52,559 bases of DNA, taken from positions 14,446 to 67,004 of the forward strand of contig JBGAQA010000034.1 of the NCBI GenBank assembly GCA_044220955.1, in the 5' to 3' direction. The position numbers were made by a program, and so were the translations under genes. Shown one piece after another: positions 19,970 to 28,791 of this stretch (positions are counted from its first letter, which is position 1; the number at the start of each line of letters is the position of its first letter). Source of the DNA: Sandaracinaceae bacterium. GTDB taxonomy: Bacteria; Myxococcota_A; Polyangia; Polyangiales; Sandaracinaceae. Under the pieces are notes generated by a model. It was not told the origin of the DNA. It saw only the letters and a program-made list of their open reading frames with translations, and searched no databases.

Positions 19970-21205
19970 ATGGGTGTGATGGATTTCGTTCGCGGTGGCG
20001 TGCAGGAGATGATCATCGCGCGTCCGGACGCGCAGAAGAGCCTCTACGTCTACAAGCACCCGGAGCGCACGATCCCGAAGTGGTCGCAGCTGACGATCGC
20101 GGCCGACGAGGCGGCGGTCTTCTTCCGCGACGGCGCCCTGGTGGGCGTGCTCCGCACGGCGGGCGTCGGTCAGCGGCACACGCTCGACACGGGCAACATC
20201 CCGTTCCTCTCGAACCTCGTCGACTCGGTGACGGGCGGCAACATCTTCGTCACGGACCTCTACTTCGTGACCATGCGCCCGATCCGGGACACGCGCTTCG
20301 GCGGGCCGCTGCAGGCGATGAAGGATCCCGAGCTCGAGATCACCGTCAGCCCGCGCATCTTCGGGACCTTCCAGTGGCGCATCACCGCCCCCGAGACGTT
20401 CATCGTGAACTACCTCGGCACGGGCGAGTCTCCGACGAACGACCGCGTCGAGAGCTTCATCACGACGAAGTTCATGAACGCCGTGAAGCGCACCGTGCCG
20501 GTCTTCGTGATCCGGCAGAAGATCGAGGTGCAGAACCTCGGCGCCTACCACGAGGAGCTCGGCCAGACGTTCGTGCAGAAGTGCGACGACCTCTCCGACA
20601 TCGGCGCGCAGTTCCTCGGGCTCGGCGACTTCTCGATCAACTTCTCGGAGGAGGAGCTCAAGCGCATCCAGGAAGCGCAGAAGCAGTACGCCGACCTGAA
20701 GGTGCAGAAGCGCGCCAAGGACGACCTCGGCGGCGGCAACTACATGCAGTACGCGGCGGCCAAGGCGCTCATGGGCGCCGGCGAGGGCATGGCCAAGGGC
20801 GGCGGCGAGGGCGGCGGCGGCATGATGCAGGGCGGCCTCGGCTTCGGCATGGGCATGTCGATGGCGCAGATGTACCAGCAGCAGATGAACCCCTATGGAC
20901 AGCAGGGCTACCCGCCTCCGGGCGGCGGCTACCCTCCGCAGGGCTACCCGCAGGGCGGCCCGCCTCCGCAGGGCTATCCGCCGGCCGGCGCCACGGCGCC
21001 GATGGCGGCCGGCGTCCCGACGCCGCAGGTCGGCGGAGACGGTCAGGTCAACTGCACGCAGTGCGGCAAGCGCGTCCCGCCGGGGAAGTTCTGCGCGGAG
21101 TGCGGAGCGACGATGGCGCCGACGCCGAAGGCCTGCCCCGGCTGCGCGACGATGAACCCGCCCGGCAGCAAGTTCTGCGCGAACTGCGGCGGCAAGCTCG
21201 GGTGA
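19970..21205 (+). CDS. SPFH (YdjI-like) domain protein with C-terminal double zinc ribbons
   Basis: SD GAGGAG; SQLTI..DEAAVFFRDG, TLDTGNIP motifs; G/Q/P/Y-rich linker; four CxxC pairs. Confidence 0.9.
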   Translation: MGVMDFVRGGVQEMIIARPDAQKSLYVYKHPERTIPKWSQLTIAADEAAVFFRDGALVGVLRTAGVGQRHTLDTGNIPFLSNLVDSVTGGNIFVTDLYFVTMRPIRDTRFGGPLQAMKDPELEITVSPRIFGTFQWRITAPETFIVNYLGTGESPTNDRVESFITTKFMNAVKRTVPVFVIRQKIEVQNLGAYHEELGQTFVQKCDDLSDIGAQFLGLGDFSINFSEEELKRIQEAQKQYADLKVQKRAKDDLGGGNYMQYAAAKALMGAGEGMAKGGGEGGGGMMQGGLGFGMGMSMAQMYQQQMNPYGQQGYPPPGGGYPPQGYPQGGPPPQGYPPAGATAPMAAGVPTPQVGGDGQVNCTQCGKRVPPGKFCAECGATMAPTPKACPGCATMNPPGSKFCANCGGKLG

Positions 21206-21237
21206 GCGCCTAGCGGCGCCTCGGTCGAGCGCGGGCG

Positions 21238-21270
21238 GCGGGCGAGAGCTCGTCGCCCGCTCTCGTTTCT
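21238..21270 (+). terminator. candidate intrinsic terminator
   Basis: GCGGGCGA-N7-TCGCCCGC hairpin followed by TCTCGTTTCT, between convergent genes. Confidence 0.5.
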
Positions 21271-21272
21271 CC

Positions 21273-23120
21273 TCACTCCGCCGCGAGGATCTCGCTCAGG
21301 TACTCGGGCTCGTCGTAGCAGAAGTGCGACGCCGCGAAGCCCGGCTCGGCCATCCGCTCGCCGAGCGGGCGCGCGAAGCCCGAGTCCATGAGGCAGCCCT
21401 CGCCGTCGCCCGCATCGTGGTACGCGGTGGGGTCGCCGTAGGGCTGGGCCAGGCCGAGGCTGTGGCCGAGCTCGTGGGCGGTCGTCTCGCCGACGAGGTT
21501 GCCGAGCGCTCGGATCGCGCGTGCGACCGCGGCCACGCGCGCAGCGCCGCCGATGCCCATCGCCTCGTCGTAGGTGGCGGGCTCGGCGCGGACGGGGTCG
21601 AACACCTCGTCGAAGAGCGGCTCGGGGTCCGGTGCGCCCGTGGGGCGCGGGCTGCCGAGCTCGGGGTGCGACGACCACCAGAGCATCGACTCGACGAAGA
21701 CGCCGCCGAAGCCGGGGAAGCCGTCGGCCTGCGTCTCGGCGTTCGCGCCCCCGATGCGATCGAAGAGGCGCAGGTTCCCCACGTCCTTGCCCGCGGAGTT
21801 GTCGTACCCGAAGAGGCCCGAGCCGTTCGGATCCGGACCGCCGATCTCGACCACGGCGTACCCGTTCGCGGCGTAGTCGGTCACGGCGCTCGTGCGGACC
21901 TCGACCGCGTGGCCCGCGTAGAGCGCCTCGACGCGGGCCGCGATCCCCTCGATGACCTGCGCCTGCGCGGCGGCGAGGCCGAGGTGCCCGAGGCTGTCGT
22001 ACCAGCCCGGCAGGAAGCGCAGCAGCACGACCTGCCGCGGCGCGCCGAGCGTCAGCATGAACGGAGTGGCGGTGCCGTCGAGCTCGTCCGTGCCGCGGAG
22101 CGCGACGGCCGTGGCGGTGCCCGCGAGCACGCCCCGCTGCGCGTCGAAGAGCGCAAGGACGAGCTGGCCCATGCTCGTCCGGCCCTCGAGCACCAGACCG
22201 ACCTCGGCGCCGCTGGTCCAGGCGGGCACGAGCTCCATCCTGAAGGGCCGCGCGACTCCGCCCTCGGGCGTGAACGTCCCGTCGACGCGCAGCAGCGTCG
22301 TCTCGCCGCCTCGCCCGAGGAAGCCGGCGCCGCGCACCGAGACGATGCGCCCGACCGAGGCGACCGGCGGGTCGAACGCGAAGAGCTCCGGCGCGACGAA
22401 ATCGAGGTCGAGCGCCACCGCGGGGGCCGACCGCGCCTCGCCGCTCGCGAGCGTGGACTCGAGCGCGAGCGTCCCGCGAAGGGTCCCGGTGCGCAGCCCC
22501 GAGCCTGCGAGCGCCGTCGTCAGCACGAGCACGCCGCGGTCGCGCCCCCCGAGATCGGCCATCTCGACCGGGAGGACGACGTCGACGGGCGTCGCGCCGC
22601 CGCCGGCCGGGGTGAAGTCCCCGACGACGTGTGCCGTCACCGGTCCCTCCGTGGCGGTCGTGAACCCCGCGCCGTGGAGCACGACGACGTCCTCGAAGTG
22701 CACGGTGCCGCTCGGCCCCGAATCGAGCGCGAGCGGAAGGGTCGCGCGCACGTCGAGCGAGCCGTCCCACGGCTCGCTGTTGCCCTCGTCGCCTCCGACG
22801 ACGAGCTCGACGGCGTGCGCGCCGTCGCCCAGCCCGTCGATCAACGCCTCCGACGCGACGAACGCCCGCGCCCCCGCGTCGTCCGGCCCGCCCGCGCGCT
22901 CGGGGAGCGTCCACTCGAGCCCTTCGGCCCGGATCGTGAGCGTCGCGACCGGGCCGACGCGGTCGAGGTCGAGCCCACGGACGGAGAGGAGCGTGCCGAC
23001 GATGGCGGGGGAGGGCGCGGCGAGCCCCGTGATGCGCGGCGTCGGCAGCCCACGGCCGAGCGGGTGCGAGGTGGGGCTGCACGCGCCGAGGAGCGCGAGC
23101 ACGACGAGCCCTGCCCTCAC
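21273..23120 (-). CDS. lipoprotein with IPT/Ig-like domains and a C-terminal HExxH zinc-peptidase domain
   Basis: Lipobox LLGA-C; TTAHELGHSLGL and Met-turn-like CLMD; GTGA overlap with the upstream gene. Confidence 0.8.
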   Translation of the reverse strand: MRAGLVVLALLGACSPTSHPLGRGLPTPRITGLAAPSPAIVGTLLSVRGLDLDRVGPVATLTIRAEGLEWTLPERAGGPDDAGARAFVASEALIDGLGDGAHAVELVVGGDEGNSEPWDGSLDVRATLPLALDSGPSGTVHFEDVVVLHGAGFTTATEGPVTAHVVGDFTPAGGGATPVDVVLPVEMADLGGRDRGVLVLTTALAGSGLRTGTLRGTLALESTLASGEARSAPAVALDLDFVAPELFAFDPPVASVGRIVSVRGAGFLGRGGETTLLRVDGTFTPEGGVARPFRMELVPAWTSGAEVGLVLEGRTSMGQLVLALFDAQRGVLAGTATAVALRGTDELDGTATPFMLTLGAPRQVVLLRFLPGWYDSLGHLGLAAAQAQVIEGIAARVEALYAGHAVEVRTSAVTDYAANGYAVVEIGGPDPNGSGLFGYDNSAGKDVGNLRLFDRIGGANAETQADGFPGFGGVFVESMLWWSSHPELGSPRPTGAPDPEPLFDEVFDPVRAEPATYDEAMGIGGAARVAAVARAIRALGNLVGETTAHELGHSLGLAQPYGDPTAYHDAGDGEGCLMDSGFARPLGERMAEPGFAASHFCYDEPEYLSEILAAE

Positions 23121-25600
23121 GGGATGCACACGTGGCGCGCCGCGCCGCCCACGCCCGTGACCGCGCGGCAGGTGATCCCCGCGTGGCAGCGCGTGCTGTC
23201 GGTCGTGCAGTCGAGCGCGCAGACGCGCGTCCCGCCGGCGGCCGTGACGCAGAACGTGCCCGTCTCGCAGTCGGCGTCGCTGGCGCAGCCGGCGCGCGCG
23301 CAGTAGCCCCCCGGCCAGTCGAGGCAGGCACGCTGGCCGCCGCAGTCGGCGAAGCTCGCGCACGTCCCGCCGTTCGCCCCGGCGCCACGCAGGCCGCACG
23401 CGCGGCCCTCGGGGAACCACTTGCACGCCTCGGTCGAGCGGCAGTCCGAGTTGACGGTGCACACGGCGCCGCAGGTGCTCGCGCCGGTGCCCGGTCCGGC
23501 GTCCGGGCAGAGGTGCATCGGCGGGCACATCGAGGCGCTCGTGCACGTCCCGCTGCGGCAGACGCCCGCCGAGCAGACCTGGCCGGCCGGGCAGCCGAGC
23601 GTGGTGGTGCACGTCGCGGTCGCCGTCACCGTGACCATGCCGAGGTAGTCGTTCGACGCGGCGCTGTCGATCGAGAACACGTGGATCGCGTACGTCCCCG
23701 CCGTGGTGACCGTCGCGTCGACGTGCTCGGCGTCGGTCGTCCCGAGGCTCGACGCGATCACGGTCCCCGTCGGCCCGACGAGCTCGAGGTCCACGTCCGC
23801 GCGCGCGAGGTCGAACGTCAGGTCCACCACGATGCGCGAGGCGCCGGTCACCGGTAGCGCGATCCAGTCGTCGTCCGCCGGGCAGAGCGTGCCGTCGAAG
23901 TCGGTCCCGACGATGGCGCGGGCCGTGGCGCGCGTGTCGTCCGGCTCGAGGGCGTCGTCCACGCAGCAAGCTCCTGCGGCGCGCGTGACGTCCAACGCGT
24001 AGGCGTTCTCGGCGCCCGCGTACCCGAGCACGCGCGCATAGAGCGGCGAGGCGTCGCGCGCGCAGTAGCTCACGCTCTCCACGTCGCTCGTGCCCGCGCT
24101 CGAGCCGACGATCGTGGCCGCGGAGTCGAGCAAGGAGAGGTCGAGGTCCCCTGCGCTGCTCGTGAACGCGAGCGAGATCGTCACGCGATCCATCGCCGCC
24201 GGGACGATCCGGAAGAAGTCGTCGTCGCTCGCGCAGATCTGCCCCGCGACGTGCGCGGCACCGGCCGAGAACGTGAGCGGCGCCGCAGCACCGACCGAGT
24301 CGTTCTGCTCGAGCCCGTCGTCCGTGCAGCCGGCCGGCCCGCCGCACGCCGCCATCACGCTGCCGCACGCGCTCGCGGACGAGCCCTCGCTCGTCGTCAC
24401 GCTGCCGCACGTCCCGCGCGCGCAGGCGCCGCCCGCCACGCACGCCTCGAGGCAGCGCGCCCCGCCGGCCGCGGGCGCGCAGATGCCGCTCGCGCACTCT
24501 ACCGAAGCCGTGCAGGGGTCGCACGCGGCGGCCGTCCCGCCGCCGGCGCCGCCGACGGCGAAGAACGAGACGACCGGCAAGAGGTCGGTGCGGTGGTCGC
24601 AGGCCGTCCCCGTCGCGTCGTCGTTGTCCGTCGCGCTGACGGTGAAGAACACCTCGCGCTCCTCGCCGGTCGCCAGCCCGAGCGAGGGCACGTGCGCGCG
24701 GAAGCCTCCCGCGTCCGGCGCGAACGTCACCTGATCGTAGGTCGTGACGTCGGGCATCGCGGGATCGACCGGGCGCTCCGTCGTCCAGTAGAGCAGCGGC
24801 GCGTCGCGCAGGCCCAGATCGTCCGTCGCCGTGATCACGACGTCGTAGCCGGCGCTGCTCGTCACGCGCTCGCCCGAGAGCGGCGCAAGGAGCGTGATCA
24901 CCGGCGCCGTCCCGGGGCACGTGCTCGAAGTCCCCGTCCGGAGCACCGCGACGAAGTCGTGCGGCACGGGCGCGTGATCGAGGTCGTCGGCGGCGAGCTC
25001 GATCGTCCAGCGCGCGGAGGCGCCGATCTGATCGCGCGTCGGGCACCACTGCCAGTCCGCGCTCTTGGGGCCGGTCGCGGTCAGCGTCGCGCCGTCGGGG
25101 AAGGGCGAGCGCGCGCTCACCTCCACCGTCGGGCTGTCGTCGTCCCGGATCTCCACGTGGAAGCGGACGCAGGGGTCGCGCTCCAGGTCGAACGTGCCGC
25201 CCGCGCCGGGCTCGAGGAAGACGGGCGCGGCGTCCGCGGCGGCGCTCACGTCGACGACCATGTCCGCGCGGTCGTACTCCGCGCCGTCGGGCGACGAGAG
25301 GACGAAGGTGATCGTGTGCGTCCCGACGTGGCTCGCGAGCGGCGTGAAGCGAAACTCGCCGCCCCCGGGCGATCCACCGATGGTGGCCACGCTCTCGATC
25401 GCGACGAGCGAGGGCGCCTCGAACGCGAAGAGGAGCGGCACGCCGCGCGGGTTGTCCACGTCGAGCGCGACGCGCAGCGTCCGGCTCACCTCGGCGAGCT
25501 GGTGGTCGACCGGCAAGAGGCGCGGCGGCGCGCCGGACTCGCAGCCGGCCACGGTGACGACGAGCGCGAGCGAGAAGCAGGCGAAGAGGCGACCCGACAC
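23117..25600 (-). CDS. Cys-rich lipoprotein with Ig-like and two PPC-type domains
   Basis: Lipobox VAG-C; two DDxxEx(N/D)D...GxxCxxDDD(F/W)...DxDLxL units; Cys-rich tail. Confidence 0.82.
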   Translation of the reverse strand: MSGRLFACFSLALVVTVAGCESGAPPRLLPVDHQLAEVSRTLRVALDVDNPRGVPLLFAFEAPSLVAIESVATIGGSPGGGEFRFTPLASHVGTHTITFVLSSPDGAEYDRADMVVDVSAAADAAPVFLEPGAGGTFDLERDPCVRFHVEIRDDDSPTVEVSARSPFPDGATLTATGPKSADWQWCPTRDQIGASARWTIELAADDLDHAPVPHDFVAVLRTGTSSTCPGTAPVITLLAPLSGERVTSSAGYDVVITATDDLGLRDAPLLYWTTERPVDPAMPDVTTYDQVTFAPDAGGFRAHVPSLGLATGEEREVFFTVSATDNDDATGTACDHRTDLLPVVSFFAVGGAGGGTAAACDPCTASVECASGICAPAAGGARCLEACVAGGACARGTCGSVTTSEGSSASACGSVMAACGGPAGCTDDGLEQNDSVGAAAPLTFSAGAAHVAGQICASDDDFFRIVPAAMDRVTISLAFTSSAGDLDLSLLDSAATIVGSSAGTSDVESVSYCARDASPLYARVLGYAGAENAYALDVTRAAGACCVDDALEPDDTRATARAIVGTDFDGTLCPADDDWIALPVTGASRIVVDLTFDLARADVDLELVGPTGTVIASSLGTTDAEHVDATVTTAGTYAIHVFSIDSAASNDYLGMVTVTATATCTTTLGCPAGQVCSAGVCRSGTCTSASMCPPMHLCPDAGPGTGASTCGAVCTVNSDCRSTEACKWFPEGRACGLRGAGANGGTCASFADCGGQRACLDWPGGYCARAGCASDADCETGTFCVTAAGGTRVCALDCTTDSTRCHAGITCRAVTGVGGAARHVCIP

Positions 25601-25785
25601 GGTCCGGCCAGTCTCGCACAGCTTCGCGAACGCGCTGCGTAACACCCCGGGGTCCACGCTCCCCGGGGTGGGCTGGCACCGGCGACTCGGGTGGCCAGCG
25701 CAGTGGCTCCGCGGCGCAGAAAACCGACGATCCGGCCGAAGAACGCGCTCGCCGAGGTCGGCACCGGACGTGCACACTCGGGGGC

Positions 25786-27678
25786 ATGGGCCATCCGCGA
25801 GTCACTCTCGTCGCCACCGGTGTATCCGTCACGCTCTTCGTCGCCGGCTGCGTCCAGGCGCCGGGCACGAACGACGACATCCTCACGTACGAGGACGCGC
25901 CTCTCTCCCCGCTCGCGGCGCTCGAGGACGGCGTCCCGGACCCGTCGACGCTGCCCGAGGAGGGCAAGGCCGACGAGGTGCTGCCGGCGCGCCTGGACCT
26001 GATGGACATCCAGACGCCGGTGCGGAGCCAGGGCCGCCGAGGCACGTGCACCATCTTCGCCACGACGGCGCTCATGGAGTCGCTCTATCGCGCCGAGGGC
26101 TCCATCCCGAGCCCCGATTTCTCGGAGCAGTTCCTGCAGTGGTCGGTGAAGAACGAGGTCCACGCGTTCACCGACACGGCGGGCTCGAACCCCCAGCGCA
26201 ACCTCGAGGCGATCAGCCAGTTCGGCATCGTCGAGGAGGCCGCGTGGCCCTACGAGAGCGCGCAGTGGGGCGTGTCGCAGGACCCGCGGTGCATGGGTGA
26301 GGAGGGGCTGCCGACCCTCTGCTACACGAACGGCGATCCGCCGGCGAGCGCGACGGCCGCCATGCGCTTTCGCCTGCCGGCCGGGCGCTACCTGAGCCCG
26401 CGGCGCCGCTCGATCATGAGCTACCTCGCCCAGAACCACCTGCCGGTCGTCGCGAGCGGTACGTTCTTCTACCAGGCGTGGAACCACGGCGGCTCGATGC
26501 TCCCGGTCTCGAGCGAGTACATGCGCCAGGGCATCGTCCTGTACCCGACCGCCGCCGATCAGACCGACAGCCGCATGCGGCCGGCCGGCCACGGCATCCT
26601 GATCGTCGGCTTCGACCAGGAGATGCGTGTGCAGCGCCTCGACGAGCACGGCCAGCCCATGGTCGACGCGATGGGGCAGCCCGTCTACGAGACGGGCTTC
26701 TTCCTCTTCAAGAACAGCTGGGGCACCGGGCGCTTCGGCGTCGCCAACAGCGTCGGCCAGCCCGGCTTCGGCTGGATCTCGATGCGCTACGTCGAGGAGT
26801 TCTTCTCGGCCTACGTCAGCGGGCGCCCGACGGCCGTCCGTCGCACCGAGATCTGCAACAACGGCAGCGACGACGACGGCGACGGCGGCGCCGACTGCGC
26901 GGACGCGGACTGCCGCGCGGACCACGCGTGCATGGACATGCCCACCGCGACGACCGACATGGCGACGCCGGCCCTGCCGATCCCGGACAGCACCCCGGCC
27001 GGCGCGTCGAGCACCATCACCGTGGCGGGCGCGGGCCCGATCAGCTCGCTCGCGGTGACGGTCGACGTCGCTCACACCTACCGCGGCGATCTCCGCCTCG
27101 AGCTCGTGCACGCGGGACGCACGGTGATCCTGCTCGACCGCCAGGGCGCGGGCGAAGACGACGTGCGGCAGACGTTCCCCGTCGCGGACTTCAACGCGAC
27201 GGACGCCGCCGGGGACTGGACGCTCCGCGTCGTCGACACGGCCGCGCAGGACACCGGAACGCTCCGCAGCTGGTCGATCGCGATCACGCGCTGTGCCGGC
27301 GGCAGCTGCGCCGCCGTCGACACGACGCATCACTACGCGAGCACGACGCGCGTCGACATCCCCGACGCCACGCCGGCCGGCGCGAGCACCGACATCGTCG
27401 TCGGCGACGCGGGCACGATCCGCACCGCGACGGTCGGCGTCGACATCACGCACCCCTTCCTCGGGGACCTGACCATCCGCGTCTCGCGCGTGGGCGGCCG
27501 CGAGTTCGTCCTGCTCCGCGAGCAGATCGTCGAGGGCACGAGCCTGCACCGCACGTTCGACGTCGCCGGCTTCACCGGCGAGATGGCGCCCGGCACCTAC
27601 CGCCTCACGGTGGTCGACGGTGCCGCGCGCGACGTCGGCACCCTCGACGGCTGGTCCCTCGACCTCACCACCCGCTGA
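25786..27678 (+). CDS. papain-like (C1) cysteine protease lipoprotein with two proprotein-convertase P domains
   Basis: Lipobox VAG-C; QGRRGTC, FSEQ, GHGILIVGF, FKNSWG; EICNNGSDDDGDG linker; two IPD...H...GDL...DxGTLxxWS units. Confidence 0.92.
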   Translation: MGHPRVTLVATGVSVTLFVAGCVQAPGTNDDILTYEDAPLSPLAALEDGVPDPSTLPEEGKADEVLPARLDLMDIQTPVRSQGRRGTCTIFATTALMESLYRAEGSIPSPDFSEQFLQWSVKNEVHAFTDTAGSNPQRNLEAISQFGIVEEAAWPYESAQWGVSQDPRCMGEEGLPTLCYTNGDPPASATAAMRFRLPAGRYLSPRRRSIMSYLAQNHLPVVASGTFFYQAWNHGGSMLPVSSEYMRQGIVLYPTAADQTDSRMRPAGHGILIVGFDQEMRVQRLDEHGQPMVDAMGQPVYETGFFLFKNSWGTGRFGVANSVGQPGFGWISMRYVEEFFSAYVSGRPTAVRRTEICNNGSDDDGDGGADCADADCRADHACMDMPTATTDMATPALPIPDSTPAGASSTITVAGAGPISSLAVTVDVAHTYRGDLRLELVHAGRTVILLDRQGAGEDDVRQTFPVADFNATDAAGDWTLRVVDTAAQDTGTLRSWSIAITRCAGGSCAAVDTTHHYASTTRVDIPDATPAGASTDIVVGDAGTIRTATVGVDITHPFLGDLTIRVSRVGGREFVLLREQIVEGTSLHRTFDVAGFTGEMAPGTYRLTVVDGAARDVGTLDGWSLDLTTR

Positions 27679-27692
27679 GCGGGGTCACTCCA
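27675..27692 (+). repeat. stop-codon-anchored 18-bp repeat, copy 1
   Basis: CTGAGCGGGGTCACTCCA, identical to the reverse complement of 34842..34859. Confidence 0.75.
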
Positions 27693-27748
27693 GCCCCACC
27701 TAACTACCCGATAACGCTACGAACCGGCGGGTAGGTGCGCGTTTCGTC

Positions 27749-28567
27749 TCAGCGGATGCGCTCGCACCCGAGCGAGACCTCGTCGATCCAGCTCGCCCAG
27801 TCGCCCGATCCGTCGCTGACGACCGTGACGACGAGCCGCAGCGCGCGCGCGCCCTGATCGAACACGAAGAGCGCGCCGTCGACGCGTCCCCCGTTGGTGA
27901 GCGCGGCGGCGAAGGGCTCGCGGAGACATCCGTCGTCTCCGTCGACCGCGCGCCGCGTCACCGCATGCCCGGCCGCCTCGAGCGGCCCGCCGATCGCGCG
28001 ATCGAACGCCGTCAGCGCCGCCCGGTCCGCGTGCTCCGCGCGCGAGAGGTCGACGACCACGCTCACGCCGTGGTCCCGCGTCTCGAAGGCCCAGATCTGG
28101 TGAGCATCGGTCCATCCCGGCGCCGCGGCGGTGCGCATCTCGTCCGCGATCTCGGTCGACGTCTCGAGCGCGAGCGTGGGGTGGGGGAGCCGGAACGCCA
28201 GCGTCGGGTGCTCGACGCCGCGCCTTCCGAGCGCGTCGTGGTACTCGCGCAGGTCGGCGCGGTCCGACGCCGAGAGGACGAGCGCCGGCCGCGCTGGCAC
28301 GCGGCCGCCCGCCCAGACGAGGAAAGCGCCGCCCGCGAGCGCCGCGACCAGATAGAGGAGCGCGCCCGCGAGCCGCCGCGGTCCCGACACGAGGAGCGTC
28401 GCCATGGCGACGGCCATCCCGACCACGCCCGCGAGCGAGACGCCCATCGTCTCCACGGCGCGCCCCGTCGAGCCGCCGATCTCGTCCGCGAGCGAGATGC
28501 TGGCCAGGCCGACGAGCAGCCCGAGGGTGATGCCTGTCATCGCGGCCACGAAGCCCCGGCGCATCAT
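27749..28567 (-). CDS. hypothetical membrane protein (three N-terminal TM segments)
   Basis: 272-aa ORF with three hydrophobic segments followed by a soluble domain. Confidence 0.7.
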   Translation of the reverse strand: MMRRGFVAAMTGITLGLLVGLASISLADEIGGSTGRAVETMGVSLAGVVGMAVAMATLLVSGPRRLAGALLYLVAALAGGAFLVWAGGRVPARPALVLSASDRADLREYHDALGRRGVEHPTLAFRLPHPTLALETSTEIADEMRTAAAPGWTDAHQIWAFETRDHGVSVVVDLSRAEHADRAALTAFDRAIGGPLEAAGHAVTRRAVDGDDGCLREPFAAALTNGGRVDGALFVFDQGARALRLVVTVVSDGSGDWASWIDEVSLGCERIR

Positions 28568-28568
28568 C

Positions 28569-28683
28569 GGCGAGCACTCGTGTCGAGGATCATCGGCTCG
28601 CCCCTCTGGACCCTACCGTCCGCGCGCGCGAGGCGCGCTTCCGTCCGGGTCCTGCGTGGCGAGCACTCCTGTCGAGGATCACC
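28569..28683. repeat. structured REP-like element (copy A) with 26-bp direct repeats
   Basis: Nested inverted repeats GCTCGCC/GGCGAGC, GGACCC/GGGTCC and GCGCGC/GCGCGC; direct repeats 28569-28594 and 28658-28683 (24/26 identical). Confidence 0.8.
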
Positions 28684-28684
28684 A

Positions 28685-28755
28685 TTCTGGCGGCTGGATT
28701 CGAACCAGCATTCGCGGATCCAAAGTCCGCTGTCCTGCCCTTGGACGACGCCAGA
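28685..28755 (-). tRNA. tRNA-Gln (anticodon UUG), CCA not encoded
   Basis: Cloverleaf: acceptor TCTGGCG/CGCCAGA, D stem GTCC/GGAC, anticodon arm GCGGA-CTTTGGA-TCCGC, T arm GCTGG-TTCGAAT-CCAGC. Confidence 0.96.
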
Positions 28756-28791
28756 GAACGCGCTCGCATGTAGCTTGCCACGGTGCGGCCT

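Noticed and set aside
28569..28683. CRISPR array or att site at tRNA-Gln
   Set aside because: Only two repeat copies, no cas or integrase gene, and the repeat is not a duplicate of the tRNA end.
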